In this document: piece by piece, positions 1-14,788 of the stretch
Numbering within the stretch: the stretch's first letter is position 1
How the letters are laid out: each line of letters begins with the position of its first letter
Assembly (NCBI GenBank): GCA_964016885.1
Contig: OZ024751.1
Span: 5,766,001 to 5,830,000, forward strand
Length of the DNA: 64,000 bases
Origin: Eledone cirrhosa
Lineage: Eukaryota
Reading direction: 5' to 3'
Made by a program: the position numbers and the translations under genes
The notes under the pieces: generated by a model
Told to the model about the DNA's origin: nothing
Databases searched by the model: none
Seen by the model: only the letters and a program-made list of their open reading frames with translations

Positions 1-539
1 TAGAAAACTTAAAGTTAAACAGTTTAACGTTTTAAAGTTGATATATCTAATAGTTCTGAGTTGATCTGTAATTTAAAGGTACTATGTGGCGGTTAAAACA
101 CCGGCCGCGCTCAAGGCCCCCGGGGCGAATTAAACCACTCCGAGTAGTTTCATTTACCGAAAGAAGGGGAAATTTATTTTTCCAAGCACTCCAGGTAGGC
201 TCATGCGCCAGGGGGCTGGTCGCGCCGCCATTAAAACCCACCCAACAGTCCGACAGAAAGTTGGAACTTTAAAATATTGCTTAAATTTATAGGATGAAGT
301 TGAAAGAATTCAGAATAACATTATAAAATTAAAGAGTAAGACGATTGAGAATTGAACAAACAGTAAACTGAAAATTAAACATTTAAAAAAAAACTTCTAT
401 TAGGTTTTTGGTTGCGGGGTTTAATTAAAGAGAGTCTTTTATGAAGAAACGTTAATTGTATTATGTAGATCTATAATTTATCCTAGTGGGATGTAGAGTA
501 CGGGATATAGTCGTGTAATATTTATTTTTGTTCTCAAGG

Positions 540-1007
540 GAGACATTCTAGTGTCGTGTGCTAATGGGTACAAGTGAGCAAAAGTCCCAATAGGAGGAGT
601 AGAAATACATGGATACATAGAAGTGGAATACGTGGAAGAGCACATTGATAAAGCAAAGGTATAAATATATAAGCATTTCAATATATAGATATAAATATGT
701 AAATAAACCAAGAGTGGTGTTGGAGTAAGATGGAGAGTTCAAGACACAGGAGAAATACAATATAGTTCAGGTTGCAGTATTTATGTTCCCAGGGGGAGAT
801 ATTCCAGTGTCGTGTGCTAAGGGTATACGCGAGTAAAAGTCCGAATAAGGGAAGTAAAAAGTACAGGGATGTATAGAGGTAGAATACGTGGAAAAGCATT
901 TATACAGCAAATAAAGATATAAAGATATAAATAAACAAACAAGAGTCGTTGTCTAGTAAATGGAGAGTTCAAGACACAGGAGAAATACAATATAGTTCAA
1001 GTTGCAG
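540..1007. repeat. Diverged tandem duplication, about 255-bp unit
   Basis: agtgtcgtgtgctaa at ~550 and ~806; tggagagttcaagacacaggagaaatacaatatagttca at 731 and 961. Confidence 0.85.
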
Positions 1008-1179
1008 TCAGATAATGCATATAGATGTGGAAATGGAATCAGTGTGTGTTCGAGTCTGGGAATTCAGTGTGAGTTATACATACCCAGAAGTATAGGGTTG
1101 CGAATTTAGTTAATACAGTGCAGTCCTCGATTTTAAGCCCCATGGATTTTATCAATTACATTCACGTATTATATTTCGA

Positions 1180-1237
1180 ATACCTGATGATATCACCGGA
1201 TTCATACGGAACCCGGTCATTGAAATGATCATAGTAT
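1180..1237 (+). ncRNA. Type I hammerhead ribozyme
   Basis: atac-CTGATGA-(accgg...ccggt)-GAAA-tgatca-TA-gtat; stem I atac/gtat; palindromic stem III atgatcat. Confidence 0.8.
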
Positions 1238-1305
1238 AATAAACTTTTCAAGGATTTACACAAATCCAGCCTCCTGTCATTTCATTATAATATTATATAT
1301 ATATT

Positions 1306-1359
1306 CATTCTGAGGATTGAAAGCAAAATCTTTTGCTTTTAAGTAACCACTGGTAAATG
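1306..1359 (+). ncRNA. Hammerhead ribozyme with one core mutation (GAAA>GTAA)
   Basis: catt-CTGAGGA-ttgaaagcaaaa/ttttgcttttaa stem-GTAA-cc act gg-TA-aatg. Confidence 0.55.
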
Positions 1360-1470
1360 GAATAATTGCCTTATGTTGTTTATTACATAACTATTAAGCT
1401 CTGTTACCTACATAGAGCACTTCTTTTTTCCTGGACTTTTCCGACGTAATTACTTCACATATATATATAT

Positions 1471-1534
<64 letters not shown>

Positions 1535-1570
1535 GCGTGTACTTGTGTGTGGCTATACACATCTTTACAA

Positions 1571-1621
<51 letters not shown>

Positions 1622-1671
1622 CGTGTGTTAGTGTGTAGATATACACATGTTTACAAGTGTACATATATATA

Positions 1672-1737
<66 letters not shown>

Positions 1738-2149
1738 TATGTGTTTGTTCGTGAATGTGTGCTTTTATCTTTCGGCATATCTCTATGTGTACGTACACAC
1801 ATATATATATATATATATATACGTGCAAGCAAATAAACGAAATAAATTAATTATATGTGTTTGAAAATCGTGAGAGAATATTAATGTAGGCGTCTCTCTC
1901 GTTTTTGAACCAATATACTTCACTGTGAAAAATTGAAGTTTCAAGCGTATATATACTTTCCATAATATACCTGCACACACACCACAAAGAGATTTTATTC
2001 TGATATATTTCAGAAATCTATTATCACTGACAAAATATTGAGAACTCAATATGTGATGTGACATCATTTGAAATATTAAATAAGTATTATAAGAAATCGT
2101 AGCCACGATACTGGATATACACTGTTACAAACTTCATTATATACCGACT

Positions 2150-2316
2150 TACTGGCATAAAACTACTACAAAATGAAGAGACAGTTAGAGCTCCAGTATG
2201 GGTGCAGTCCTAATACTGAACCCATTAAAAGAATAAAGAATAAATGAATTTACATGTATATATATATATATATATACATATATATATACATGTAAATTCA
2301 ATTATTCTTTATTCTT

Positions 2317-2367
<51 letters not shown>

Positions 2368-2421
2368 AATTCATTTATTCTTTATTCTTTTAATGGGTTC
2401 GGTATTAGGACTGCACCCATG
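2150..2421. mobile_element. OR-like SINE 3' tail with an inverted copy folded across (TA)n
   Basis: atgggtgcagtcctaatactgaacccattaaaagaataaagaataaatgaatttacatgta (2198-2258) and its reverse complement at 2360-2420. Confidence 0.6.
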
Positions 2422-2453
2422 GTGGATATATATATATATCATTTATATATATC

Positions 2454-2833
<380 letters not shown>

Positions 2834-2887
2834 ATATATAAATGTAAGAAATATATTACGTTAACGGTTGAAATAGCAGGAAGAGGG

Positions 2888-2923
2888 TCTTAACGTTTCG
2901 GACGCTAGTCCTTCATCAGAAGA
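2888..2923 (-). ncRNA. Minimal type I hammerhead ribozyme in a PLE 3' end fragment (2850-3070)
   Basis: Reverse complement: tctt-CTGATGA-a-ggac tagc gtcc-GAAA-cg-TT-aaga. Related copies at 33957-33992 and ~58590-58630. Confidence 0.75.
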
Positions 2924-3074
2924 AAGAATGAGAAATAAGATAGATTCAGGAGACGGGTGGGTTGGAACTAGAAAAAATGTCTTTATATAAACATTACAGG
3001 TCTATTCATGTTGACATCTCTCGGAAAACTGTTGGTCCTGGCGTTTTCTGTATGATTTATTTTTTGACTTCATC

Positions 3075-3252
3075 GGGGGTAACCACAGTAAGTAAGGTAC
3101 TCAATACATTAGTAGAGTGTAAACATCAAATTTAATGTGGAACGGGTTTCTACAGGACTAGAGCTATTTCATTCGAAATAAATCATAAGGTTGTTTTATT
3201 TCAAATGAAAGAGCTCTAGTCCCGTAGAAGCCATTTCTATATTAAATTTGAT
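3075..3252. mobile_element. PLE-terminus family fragment with ~60-bp-arm fold-back
   Basis: aaccacagtaagtaaggtactcaatacat shared with 8011 and 39741; 3125-3185 is inverted at 3196-3251. Confidence 0.65.
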
Positions 3253-4446
3253 ATATATACATACATGTATACACACACACACACACACACACAAATACAC
3301 ACACATACACAAACACATACACACACATACACACACACATATATATAAATGCATATATACATATATTATGTATGTGTCTGAGTGTGTGTGTAGGTGTGTA
3401 TGGGAACATACATGCAGATTAATCTGTTAATTTGTTTCTGAACTTACGGTGTTTATTTCCATTACCTCTCTGCCAGGATATGTGCTCTTGTCGTTTCAAT
3501 TCACTGATTTACATATTTATTTTATTTATTTGCATCCTTTATTTACTTGTTATTCATTTATTTATTTATATTTATCTATTTGTACATTAGTTATTCTCTC
3601 ATATAGATTTTGCTATAAAGTTCTTTTTTTTCCGAATGCCCTCAGTGATGCAATGGGTAATGTATTAAAAAAAAACAACCAAAACCAAAAACAAAATATG
3701 AAGTAAACTTCTTTACTCCCGAGCAATCTAATCTAGCTATAAATGTTTGTAGCCTCTCACATGGGAGATATTCTGTGATAGTCTGCAAGGAATTGGTAAT
3801 TTGATGATGCACACTGCCACCTGCAGACATAGATGGGCAATTCTGTGAAATGGGATCAAACAACACACTTTTCAATGGAATTCAATTATATTTGTTGCGA
3901 TATATTCGCCATTAGACATTAGGAAAGGTTGATTTCATGATTACTTTACATAGTGTCTTGTTTTATTGATGTTTTAGATGTTTTAGCTATGTTGTTACTG
4001 TGCTGGCTGTTGATATGTTGCAAGCATTAACATCTATACTAATGGATTTAACTTTCAAAAATCGCCTCTGATCTTCTCTTCTCTCGTATTATTTAAGTAA
4101 AGTAGATATATGTGCAACGTTGTTCATAGCGATGAGGCACATTTTGAACGTTTAAACGTTCTCTCTGTTTGTTATTTACAAGTCACTCAAAATATATAAC
4201 GCTATTACTACATTTATTTCAATATATTTTATTATATTTTATTGATTTTGTGAAATTATATTATTAGTTATATGGTATTTTGAAACATGCTGACATTTCT
4301 TACAAAACCTAATTTTCCTAAAAATTATTGTTGGATAAACCAGTATTTATGTATGTATGCATATATTTATATTCACAAAAAACATACATCCTATGACATA
4401 TGAATACACACACACTAACAAATACACACACACATACACACACGCA

Positions 4447-4611
<165 letters not shown>

Positions 4612-6195
4612 TTATGCATGTATGTGTGTATATTTTGAGGGAGAGGGAAGTAGTGTTTAAGTGTGTGTGTTTAGAGGACCAGTAATATCAAATCCAATTT
4701 GGAAGCTAACTTGTGAAATGGTCTAATAAATGGCAGAAGACATGTCCTGAACGAGATATTCTTCTAACATTAACATTTTACAATATAGTGCATCAAAGAT
4801 AACCATTGAATTCTAAATATATGCACCGTCTGTACTTCATTTGCATAATTTGACACGCTTTCTATGTGACTGATTTTTTAAATTTTCTATTGAATATAAG
4901 TTTTCCTATTACTATGATAACAAAATTACGTTATGAAATATAAAGCTTGATGTTAGTTAACCCCACCTTAGATAAGATAAGCAGGCCTATGCGGAAAACC
5001 ACTTCAGTCATTGCCATTCTGTCTTTTATTTATTAGAATCTCTTCAATATTGGCGCATGAATTAAATGGAATTTTAGCCGTTATTTATTTAGAGATTTTG
5101 TATTCAATGGTGGCATCTTTATATAAGTTCATATAGAGAAACTATTGGTAAGATGCTTTTAACTGAAAAATACATTAGTTATATATACTATTCATCTTGC
5201 ATCTTCTAAATGTAAGCTCAATGTAATTGATGCTATAAATATTTAAAACAGTCCAAGTCTTTAAAGGCACGTAGTAGTAGTAATAGTTTGAATGTTGCAT
5301 TATTATGTAATGTATAAAAGTGTAACGTACAACCATTATGATATATATGATACAGTGAGACATTTAAAAGAAAAGATTGCTTTAAATATTGAACTGATCA
5401 ATTCAAATGCAGTTTAAAGAGTGTGATTCTAAATCTACATTCACACCTAAATTTTACTTCTATTACGTAATATGATGATAATAATAAGGATTCTGCTACT
5501 GTTACTACTCAGGATGATGGCAATGATGATGATGGAGATTATAAAGCCAACTACAGCAGTGATGGTGACGAGGATAATGATGTACATACATATAGTGAAG
5601 TGTTAAACACATGCGAACCATATTCTATCTTTGACAGTGACGCCAGTATATAGCATGCATGTAACTTTATTACACAATATACTTATAACAGTGTTAAACA
5701 TCTTAAAGGATTTCACCATCAAAGCACAGTGAAACAATAAATCACTGATGCCAACATGTCGCATGAAATCTTTGCAACAGATTTTGAGAAATGTTAACTG
5801 TATCACGTTGAATCAGGTGATGGAGTGAAATGAAAGTCTGACAGGCCATAATTACCTGTGTTAAGCAAGAAACCATGTCAGTAAAACGATATCGTCGTAT
5901 ACATTGAATTAGTTCTCGTCGAATTCTTAGCTCTACTATACATATAATGTGGCGATTGGATGGCATATTCACTATGTGTCAAACTGAATACATTGTGGTT
6001 TATGACTACATCCCTTTATGTTCCAATTTCAAGCCCACTCCTTAAATCTAATTATCCTTTTATCCGTTCACATACCGATAAGATACGTACCAATCGGCAA
6101 AGTAAGGCAAGAGGTACCTGTAGACTAGTATACTAAAAAAGGTGATATATCACACATGGCTGCAGTCTAACAACAGAAACCAGTAAAACAATAAT

Positions 6196-6288
6196 TGTTT
6201 CTTCTTTTGACACAAGGCCAGCAATTATTCCAGTACATTACTGGTACTTTATTGTATCGACCCTGTAAGGATGAAAGGCAAAGTAAAA
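6196..6288 (-). mobile_element. 5'-truncated OK-like SINE with 15-bp TSD
   Basis: SINE 3' half; TSD cagtaaaacaataat at 6181-6195 and 6289-6303. Confidence 0.85.
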
Positions 6289-6569
6289 CAGTAAAACAAT
6301 AATGTTATATAATGTACGAAATGACCGAATCCAATACTACATCCTCTGTAATATAGGTGAAGTACAATAGCCAGAATAATTGCATCAAATGTCAAGTTTT
6401 TAAAGCTTTACAGTTACGTCTATAGTGAGAGAAGATTGGTTTGCTCTCAGACCAATATATTCATGAATATGGGCATTGTACTTTGGTACGGTATAGTCGC
6501 ATATCTCCAGATAGAGTTGTCGGGGAGCCGTATTGACATACGGCATTTCTTCTGAATTTTAAGCCTGGC

Positions 6570-6760
6570 GGAGCCCATTCCTCTTCCGGCCTGAGTACAG
6601 CGGATTTCTTCCGGAGAGAGGAAGAATCGACCCCAGTACTAGACTGGGACATGAAAGGCAACGTTGACCTCGGAGGAATTTGAACTCACAGAGCAGTGAG
6701 CCGGAACGAATATCATAAATCATCCGACGTTGTAACGACTCTACACATTCGGCGCTCTGC
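6570..6760 (-). mobile_element. Diverged OK-like tRNA-derived SINE
   Basis: Reverse complement contains the B-box gagttcaaattcc followed by cgaggtcaacgttgcctttcat. Confidence 0.6.
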
Positions 6761-7220
6761 ATAGTACTTTAAGAACCTTTATTTGAACCAAGCTTTAGGT
6801 CATACTTATATTCATTCTACATTAAATGTAGCCATTCTGCCGATAATTTATCCGAGCGTCTAGAGTGTCAGTAGGATATCTTACAGTATATTATTCGTGT
6901 CATTGCTTTACATTCTTACTTCAAATCAAGCCGAGCTCAACTTGATTTACATGTTTTTGTGAACGTGATCTTTATTTTCAACGTCTATGTTCATCTTTAT
7001 TTTTCCCTCACTCTATTTCTCTCTTTGTGGCTGGAAGAAATCATCAGTTTTCTGACGATGGAAGAGATGGACTTCGCCATATATCTAAGATGTGATGTTT
7101 GATAAGGTGTCGAGGAATTAAGGAAACATATACATTAACGATATACAGCTAATATCATAACCAGACTTCTAAGGTTGTCATCAAGTGTTAGGTGGACTGG
7201 TCATTTAATTGTCTAATGTT

Positions 7221-7407
7221 ATTGATTGGCAGTATCGGTAGAGGGTCGGACGACATGCTTTGACGCATAGAGTTACGTCCCTTGCCATTCTGAGTTCAAA
7301 TCCCGGCGAGGTTAACTTTGCCTTTCATCCTTACGGGGTCGATAAAATAAAGTACCAGTAATACACTGGGTAATTGCTGGCCTTGTGACAAAATTAGAAA
7401 CAGTTAT
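7221..7407 (+). mobile_element. OK-like tRNA-derived SINE, full length
   Basis: A-box-like tggcagtatcggtag, B-box gagttcaaatccc, body gcctttcatccttacggggtcgataaaataaagtacc, tail gaaacagttat. Confidence 0.9.
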
Positions 7408-7950
7408 CTTCAAAATTGATAGAATAGTTTACATAGGTGCTACGTATATACTAGCTCAAGTGAGATGGAAAGCAAGTCAGCTAATATGTTCGTATTGAAG
7501 CTGATATTAGTATTCAAAGGTGTAGGTATCAAACAGTCATATAAGACAAACACCAATTTGTAAATATCATGTGGATGATTTCAATGTATGTATTATTGAA
7601 TATAAATTAAGATGGAAATGTATAATATTGACTCTTTTCGTAGAAAATTGTGAGGTCAGTCGCAGCATTCATAGCAACTGTATTTCTTAGTAACGGGTTA
7701 AATGTTTAGCGACATAGGATTCGATGAGGTAATTTAGAGAAATGGCGCTCGAATTTATAAATATTACAGATGAATTAATTGCCAGTAAAGATTGGAACAT
7801 TGCACTGTATTTCACACATTTTTTATTCTTGGTAAAAGTACGCTTAAGCAAACACACGCGTTTCAACGACCACTGGCACTTATACACACATGCATGTATA
7901 TATGTGTGAGTGTATGCATGTGTATGTGTATATGTACATTAACAACACAT

Positions 7951-7985
<35 letters not shown>

Positions 7986-8078
7986 CGTTATTCCGGGTTG
8001 AATCGGAGGTAACCACAGTAAGTAAGGTACTCAATACATAGCAGAGTATAACAGTTTTAATATAGAAGAGATTCTACA

Positions 8079-8115
8079 GGACTAGAACTGTTTCATTCAT
8101 TAGAAATCATCAGGA

Positions 8116-8117
<2 letters not shown>
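8079..8117 (-). ncRNA. Hammerhead-like core in a PLE terminus fragment
   Basis: Reverse complement CTGATGA-t ttc taat gaa t-GAAA-cagt; stem I not evident. Confidence 0.4.
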
Positions 8118-8187
<70 letters not shown>

Positions 8188-8217
8188 GTGTGTGTGTATG
8201 CATATTATAGAGATATA

Positions 8218-8295
8218 CAGGATGTCCCAAAAATGTATACATACTTTGATTACCAGTACAGGTAATATTTATTAGAATAGAATTTTGGAGACACC

Positions 8296-8298
<3 letters not shown>
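8218..8298. mobile_element. Very short Tc1/mariner-type MITE
   Basis: caggatgtcccaaaa ... ttttggagacaccct imperfect TIRs in a TA context. Confidence 0.45.
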
Positions 8299-8326
<28 letters not shown>

Positions 8327-9321
8327 CTTACATACATCCACACACGTGTATACACACACACACACAAACAACAGGCACACATATATACATATATACATGT
8401 ATGTACAAAAAAAGAAAGGTATAGTCAACACTCCATAAGCACACTGATACATATGTGTGTATATCGTTTGTGTGTGTGTTTACGCATGCACATTTGTGTA
8501 CGTATGTATGTGAGTAATATACTCATATTTGTCTCTTAAAGGAAGTTTAGCCATAATAAAAATGCACTGATCCCAGTTTAAATAAAGACTTTTTTTCAAC
8601 AGTATTTCACATATACCAAATAAACAGTGTTTAAGTTATAATTGAAATGATTTAAAAAAAAGAATTTCTGGTTCGATAAGTGCAGACAATTCCTTGTATT
8701 TCATAGGTCATATTACTCCTCTTTGTAGAATATATCATGATTTGAATCAATTTTAAATAAAGCTTAATACCACATCCTATTGATTTTGTTCGAATGCAGA
8801 GAGATTTAAATGCTATAAAAAGTATTTCCACGTTTAGATCTATTTTTCTTCACTTGCATTTATATCCATTTATTCTCCGTATAATATGGTATCTTTCATG
8901 CAAATTATTGTCTTTTGCATTCCAGAGAATGTTGTAGATCAAAATTACTTTACAAGTAATTGGTATTTCATTGGATAGAGGAGGACAGGTTTTAAAGGAA
9001 TTCAGATATATAAAAATATATCTGGAACTAAAGAATTAAATTTCAATATATTTTACATCATGAAATATGCACAAATTGCATTACTGGAAATGGTTTAAGA
9101 TTTAGCTAGGAACAGAATTGAAATATTCCTACAAAACAAAGGAAACTGTACACACAGACATGCGCTCAAGCGCGCACACATATACACACACATATATGTT
9201 CCCACATCTGTATATATGTGTAATTACAGATTCGCGCCACCCCCATACATGCATATATATATATACATACACACACACATACATACTTACACACACACAC
9301 AAACAAACAAACACACACACA

Positions 9322-9378
<57 letters not shown>

Positions 9379-9561
9379 TATAAAGTATGTCCATAGAATC
9401 ATTTGATAATATATATACACCATTTCCTCTATATATATATATTCTTTTTCAGTGCAAAATTAACTAGAGTGTTCTATGGAATTGAAGAAGTTGGAACCGT
9501 AAACTATTTTTTTTATAAATGAAGAACCCCCCCCCCAATTAAATTAACGTACGTATATCCA

Positions 9562-9700
<139 letters not shown>

Positions 9701-10347
9701 GAACACATATATATCATATATTTATCATATATATATATATACAATATTCATATATATATATATATATATTTACTTATGTGTATATATATGTGTGTGCGTG
9801 TGATAGTGTATATGTGGGTGGGTGTGGGTGTTAGTGTGTACTTGTATGTGTGAGTATGTGTGTACATGTATGTATATTTTATAGCTTCATTCAACTCATG
9901 TCGACTATAAGAAACCTGCCCTCCATTTAACAATGTATTCTAAGCTGAAATAGCAATTACTGCGTAAAGTAATTTTGATCTACAACATTTCTAGAATACA
10001 AACTACCACAATTTACATGAGAGATAGAATATTAACCACAGAATAAATAAACATATGCTAGTCAGGAAAATGGAACAACTAAAGGTGAAAATTCCTTTTT
10101 AGAAAATTTAAATCTCGGCAACGGACAGAAATCAATAAGAGATGATATGAAGCATTAATGTTTTTTTTTTAAAAAGCAAATATATATTTTGTATTGTACT
10201 GCACTATATTTTCCACCCATCCATCAGTCCGTCCTTCCATCTAGTTATCTATTCATGCATCTATTTATACATCCAACTATCCATATATTCATCCAATCAT
10301 ACATAGATGGATAGATAGATAGATACATACATAAATACTTCAATACG

Positions 10348-10481
<134 letters not shown>

Positions 10482-10566
10482 CGGATTACATCGAGTTCTT
10501 CATACAGCTTGGACCCTGCCATCAATTGACAATTGATGGATTTATCTGTGTGTGTGTGTGTGTGTG

Positions 10567-10642
<76 letters not shown>

Positions 10643-10859
10643 TATATATATTTATATATATATATATATATATATATAAGCAAACAATCGGTGTTTCCCC
10701 CTTTACGGGATCTTCTGAAACAAAAAAAAATCAATCTGTGAACGCTGAAGTAAATATTTCGAAAAACGTTGCAACCGAAGGAAAACACGAAGACGATACT
10801 TTGGTTCGTGGAAACGTTCCCTGGCAATGAACGGAAAAAAGCGAAGATAATACGTCATT

Positions 10860-11605
10860 ATTTGAAGAAGTGTTAAAGTGATGGAGGAGTAGTAATTATT
10901 GATGTCGAATTGGATGAAACAGCAATGTTCCTTGTTGCATATGCCGTTGAACCAATCAATCACCGCGAAAGAATTGTTCCACAGTGCAAGAGGGGCCAAG
11001 CTTCTAACTTCAGGTATAATTCTATCTAAAATCCTTTTACTAAGTCTACCTAAATCGGACTTCATAGGGTTAATAAGCCGAATAGAGGGGTTGTTGGCGA
11101 AATTGGGTTTGTGGTCCTTCAGGGTAAAGTGCGTCGAAATTAGGGACCAGAGGTTCAACCGATCCAGTTTGTTGTAATAAGATGTGATTTAAAACCCAGC
11201 ATTGTTGATATCATTAATGACATTCCGATTAGTTTTACGGCAATCCTTAGTTACAGCATTATGTAGCAGTTGATGGTAAGTACTGCACTCCACTCGATAT
11301 AGATTGCCAGTTTTGTCGGAGTGGGCGTGCACGGCGTTAGAATCCTTAATAGAACGAATTCTATTCTTTAGGTCCTGCTGGAAGAATTGCTTCTATTCCG
11401 AAATTCGATACTCCGTATGAGTTCCAAGATATCATTTTCGAAGGGTAGCAATGCTGGGTTACTCGGAGGGTTATTGTAAATAAAAGGCACGCCAACGCAA
11501 CCTTTTAATGAACGAGTCTGTTTTCTGTATCAGGAGATTTAGCTATGTCTTCCTGCTTGGTACGGGTATATTCTTTGTAAAAATATTCAGATGTTGTTTC
11601 TGCAT
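10860..11605 (-). pseudogene. Naiad-like PLE reverse transcriptase, N-terminal part (disrupted)
   Basis: Starts MQKQHLNIFTKNIPVPS...FIKRLRWRAFY; later TLKDHKPNFANNPSIRLINPMKSDLG...VIDWF...FIQFDINNYYSSI. Contains stops and frameshifts. Confidence 0.8.
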
Positions 11606-11814
11606 GATGAATAGAAATCAATAGAGTGCTCAACCAAAGGAGCCAAATAGTAATAATAAATTTCAAGACTAAAATCCAAAGAGGGCTCGATGAGGATAAA
11701 TATATATCAAATATATAAGAACCGTAGAGCAAATATTTATTAAAATACCAGATTAAAGTTTAAGCAAAGAATCGCTGCTTTCATCCTTAACGGGATCTTC
11801 TGAAACTAACAAAG

Positions 11815-12160
11815 TCAATGTGTGAACGCAGAAGTAAATATTTAAAAAACGTTGCAACCAAGGAAGACAGGAAGACGATACTTTGGTTCGTGGAAACGTT
11901 CCCTGGCAAAGAACGGAAAAAAGCGAAGATAATACGTCATTATTTGGAGCAGGTAAGAACAATTACACGCAAAGACAAAACCACGTTTATGGTATAAATG
12001 AAGTCGTAGACTAATATTCATTTAGGTGGTTCGTGGAGACGTTCCCTGGCAATGAACGGACAAAAGCGAAGATAACACGTCGTTATGTGCAGCGAGAAAA
12101 CAATACACGCAAAGACATAACCACGTTTAAGGAGTAAACGAAGTCGTGGATTAAAATTCT
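11815..12160. repeat. Repeated ~140-bp unit in the Naiad-like 3' UTR
   Basis: ggttcgtggaaacgttccctggcaa...gcgaagataa at 10803, 11885 and 12028. Confidence 0.8.
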
Positions 12161-12849
12161 ATTTCGGAAAAAGATGATTCTCGGCCTCAGAGTTAAGAGT
12201 AATGTAAATAAATTACAGAGGTTATTGAAATCAACAATAATTAAATATATACATGCATCCATATACGTACATACACATGCATACGCGAAAATACGTGCAC
12301 AAAAACACGCGCACACATAAAAAAAACCTGCGCAACGCCTCTACCCGCACACATACGAACGTATACACCAAATACACATAAAGAAAAGATATATGTGTGT
12401 GTGTATGCGTGTATACATATAATTATATAAACGTATATACATATACACACATAAATACGCATATATCGTGCGCACACACATACCTACAAGTAAATATACA
12501 TATGTTCGCTAAACGCACGTCAACCAAAACACAGAGTACACACCCTACATACGTGCAAACCCGCATACACACACAAACTCAAAATACACGTATACATATA
12601 ACCATATACACATGCACCAGTATATATAATATAATATATACACCTATCACGAATACAAGCAAATATACGTACGATAAAGTATACGTACCTTCACAAAACA
12701 TACGGGTAATATATACTTACCTATACAAATAAGTAATGTTATAAACATAAAATATACTTAGCTACCACATCAAGACGTAAAATATCCGTGTATTGTTCGT
12801 ACTATCCGTTAGGGTATAATGTGCGGCTGTAATACAGGAAGGTTTTATG

Positions 12850-13469
12850 CAATATATGTTTACAAGCCGAAATTGCCTCAGATTCTTTTTAAGATGTGGT
12901 CATTGTCGTAGAGAATTTCCAGGGCTTCAGCGGCGCAGAGGTCGCAAGGTCTTTTATTTCCGTTATACGATTTAGCCTTGGCTAGGAAATCCCAGTGTAA
13001 CCTATATTGGGTGTGGTTCTCTTTTAGACTCCAGATATAAGCTGAAAGTGACGTCTTATTCCTTCTTAAATGGATAAGAAAAGGATGGGTATGCATCTAA
13101 AGCCGCTACTTGAATCTATTGGCGGTTAACCCTGTAGGCCCTACGGGACGTGGGTGTTTCAACCTTACATTTGTAGACTATCTTATTGGAGAGGCATTTC
13201 CCGGATAGGGGGCAGTCAACCCGATTCCTACAATTACAGTTAGTACCGGCTACAGGGTTGCACGTGTTCCTACGACTAGGTAATTTAGCTAAATTTGAAG
13301 TTGTGATGTTTTGTGCAAGGTTAGGAGTCGTAGAGTAAGACATTTTAATGGTATTTCTATTCAACATATTATTATATTTATGTGGTAAGGGGAAATGCTT
13401 CTTAATAAGGGGGAGAAAGATCTTAGATAATGGTGTGGCCACCTCCATATTATATGGTGGGTTATACCA
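12850..13469 (-). pseudogene. Naiad-like PLE linker, Cys-rich motif and GIY-YIG endonuclease (disrupted)
   Basis: WYNPPY...NRNTIKMSYS...CNCRNRVDCPLSGKCL..IVYKCKV; TSLSAYIWSLKE...CDLCAAE...SEAISACKH. Confidence 0.8.
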
Positions 13470-13976
13470 TATATACATACATACATGCATACATACATAT
13501 ATACATAAATACATACATTTATACATACATACGTACTGACATGCATATAGACTACACGTATGCGCTTGTATTTGTGTGTGTTTGTGCACGCGAGCATGTG
13601 TGTAACTATATATTTGTGGGCAGACTGTTTGAGGTTATTGTATGGCGTCAGGGCAAAATGGCAGCTAATTATATAATTATATAATATTGGATGTGCTGAA
13701 GGAGGGAGAAGGTTACATTTTAAATACATTCATTAACATTATGTTATGTGATTTTCAGAGTGATAGACGGGAAAGAGAGAGAGATTAAGGTAGCAGTTCA
13801 CAATGGAAATAACTTAACGCTATTGCGGGATAATTTTTCTCTTTTGTTCTCACTCAGCCTGAAGATATAGAAATGTTCTCGATCACTCCTAAAATCCACG
13901 GAGGGGGACTTTCTAGAGGCAAATCCTATTGTCATTCGTAACCGAAATTGCCTTTATATATATATATATATATAAA

Positions 13977-14127
<151 letters not shown>

Positions 14128-14248
14128 TAATATAAATTAAAATAATCTGTCATTTTAATAAATATTTGGTCTACGGTTCTTATATATTTGATATATATTT
14201 ATCCTTACCGAGCCCTCTTTGGAATGTAGTCTTCAAATTTATTATTAT

Positions 14249-14296
<48 letters not shown>

Positions 14297-14452
14297 AATA
14301 TATGTTGGTTGTTTACCAACACCTCAGTATGCAGTATGATTCCAGTTCCTCAGAAGAATAACAACACTACCAGGTGCTGGACATATCGATGTATTGACCG
14401 AGTAAAACACAATTCAACAACATGTGTACCTGTCTTTCCCACACCAATTCGG

Positions 14453-14507
14453 ACTGCCTGAAGAGGTCACACCAAATTATGGTTGTCACCGAAATATATA
14501 TAGCAGT
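14453..14507 (+). ncRNA. Type I hammerhead ribozyme in a PLE-terminus family (14335-14570)
   Basis: actgc-CTGAAGA-ggtcacacc/ggttgtcacc-GAAA-tatata-TA-gcagt. Confidence 0.85.
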
Positions 14508-14568
14508 ATATCTATAATTTATAATAAACGAAGCCAAATTTTACATATTTGACTTAATCATCTTATCT

Positions 14569-14603
<35 letters not shown>

Positions 14604-14704
14604 ATGTGTATATATATATCACTGGCCACGTGATGACTCTTAGCCATATTTTAATTCATTTCTGACGGTGATCACTGTAGACATTTTAGTCCAAACTTGA
14701 GGAC

Positions 14705-14788
14705 TCTCTTGATGAGCTCGTAGCCTCATGGATAATTCCATGATCGGATATATCCACAACGAACGAGCGAAACTGTTGACAGTCGGGA
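14705..14788 (+). ncRNA. Type I hammerhead with GUC site and extended stem II (C3>U)
   Basis: tctc-TTGATGA-gctcgt...acgagc-GAAA-ctgt tg acag-TC-ggga; inner hairpin tcatgga/tccatga. Confidence 0.65.

Larger units (their letters stand above)
1..1290. mobile_element. Non-coding HHR-bearing PLE-derived element (family A), truncated by window start
   Basis: 1125-1290 matches the arms at 36516-36680 (reverse complement) and 38325-38480. Interior 70-200 and 548-575 match 37500-37740 and 37135-37165 in reverse complement. It ends at a TA-rich run. Confidence 0.7.
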
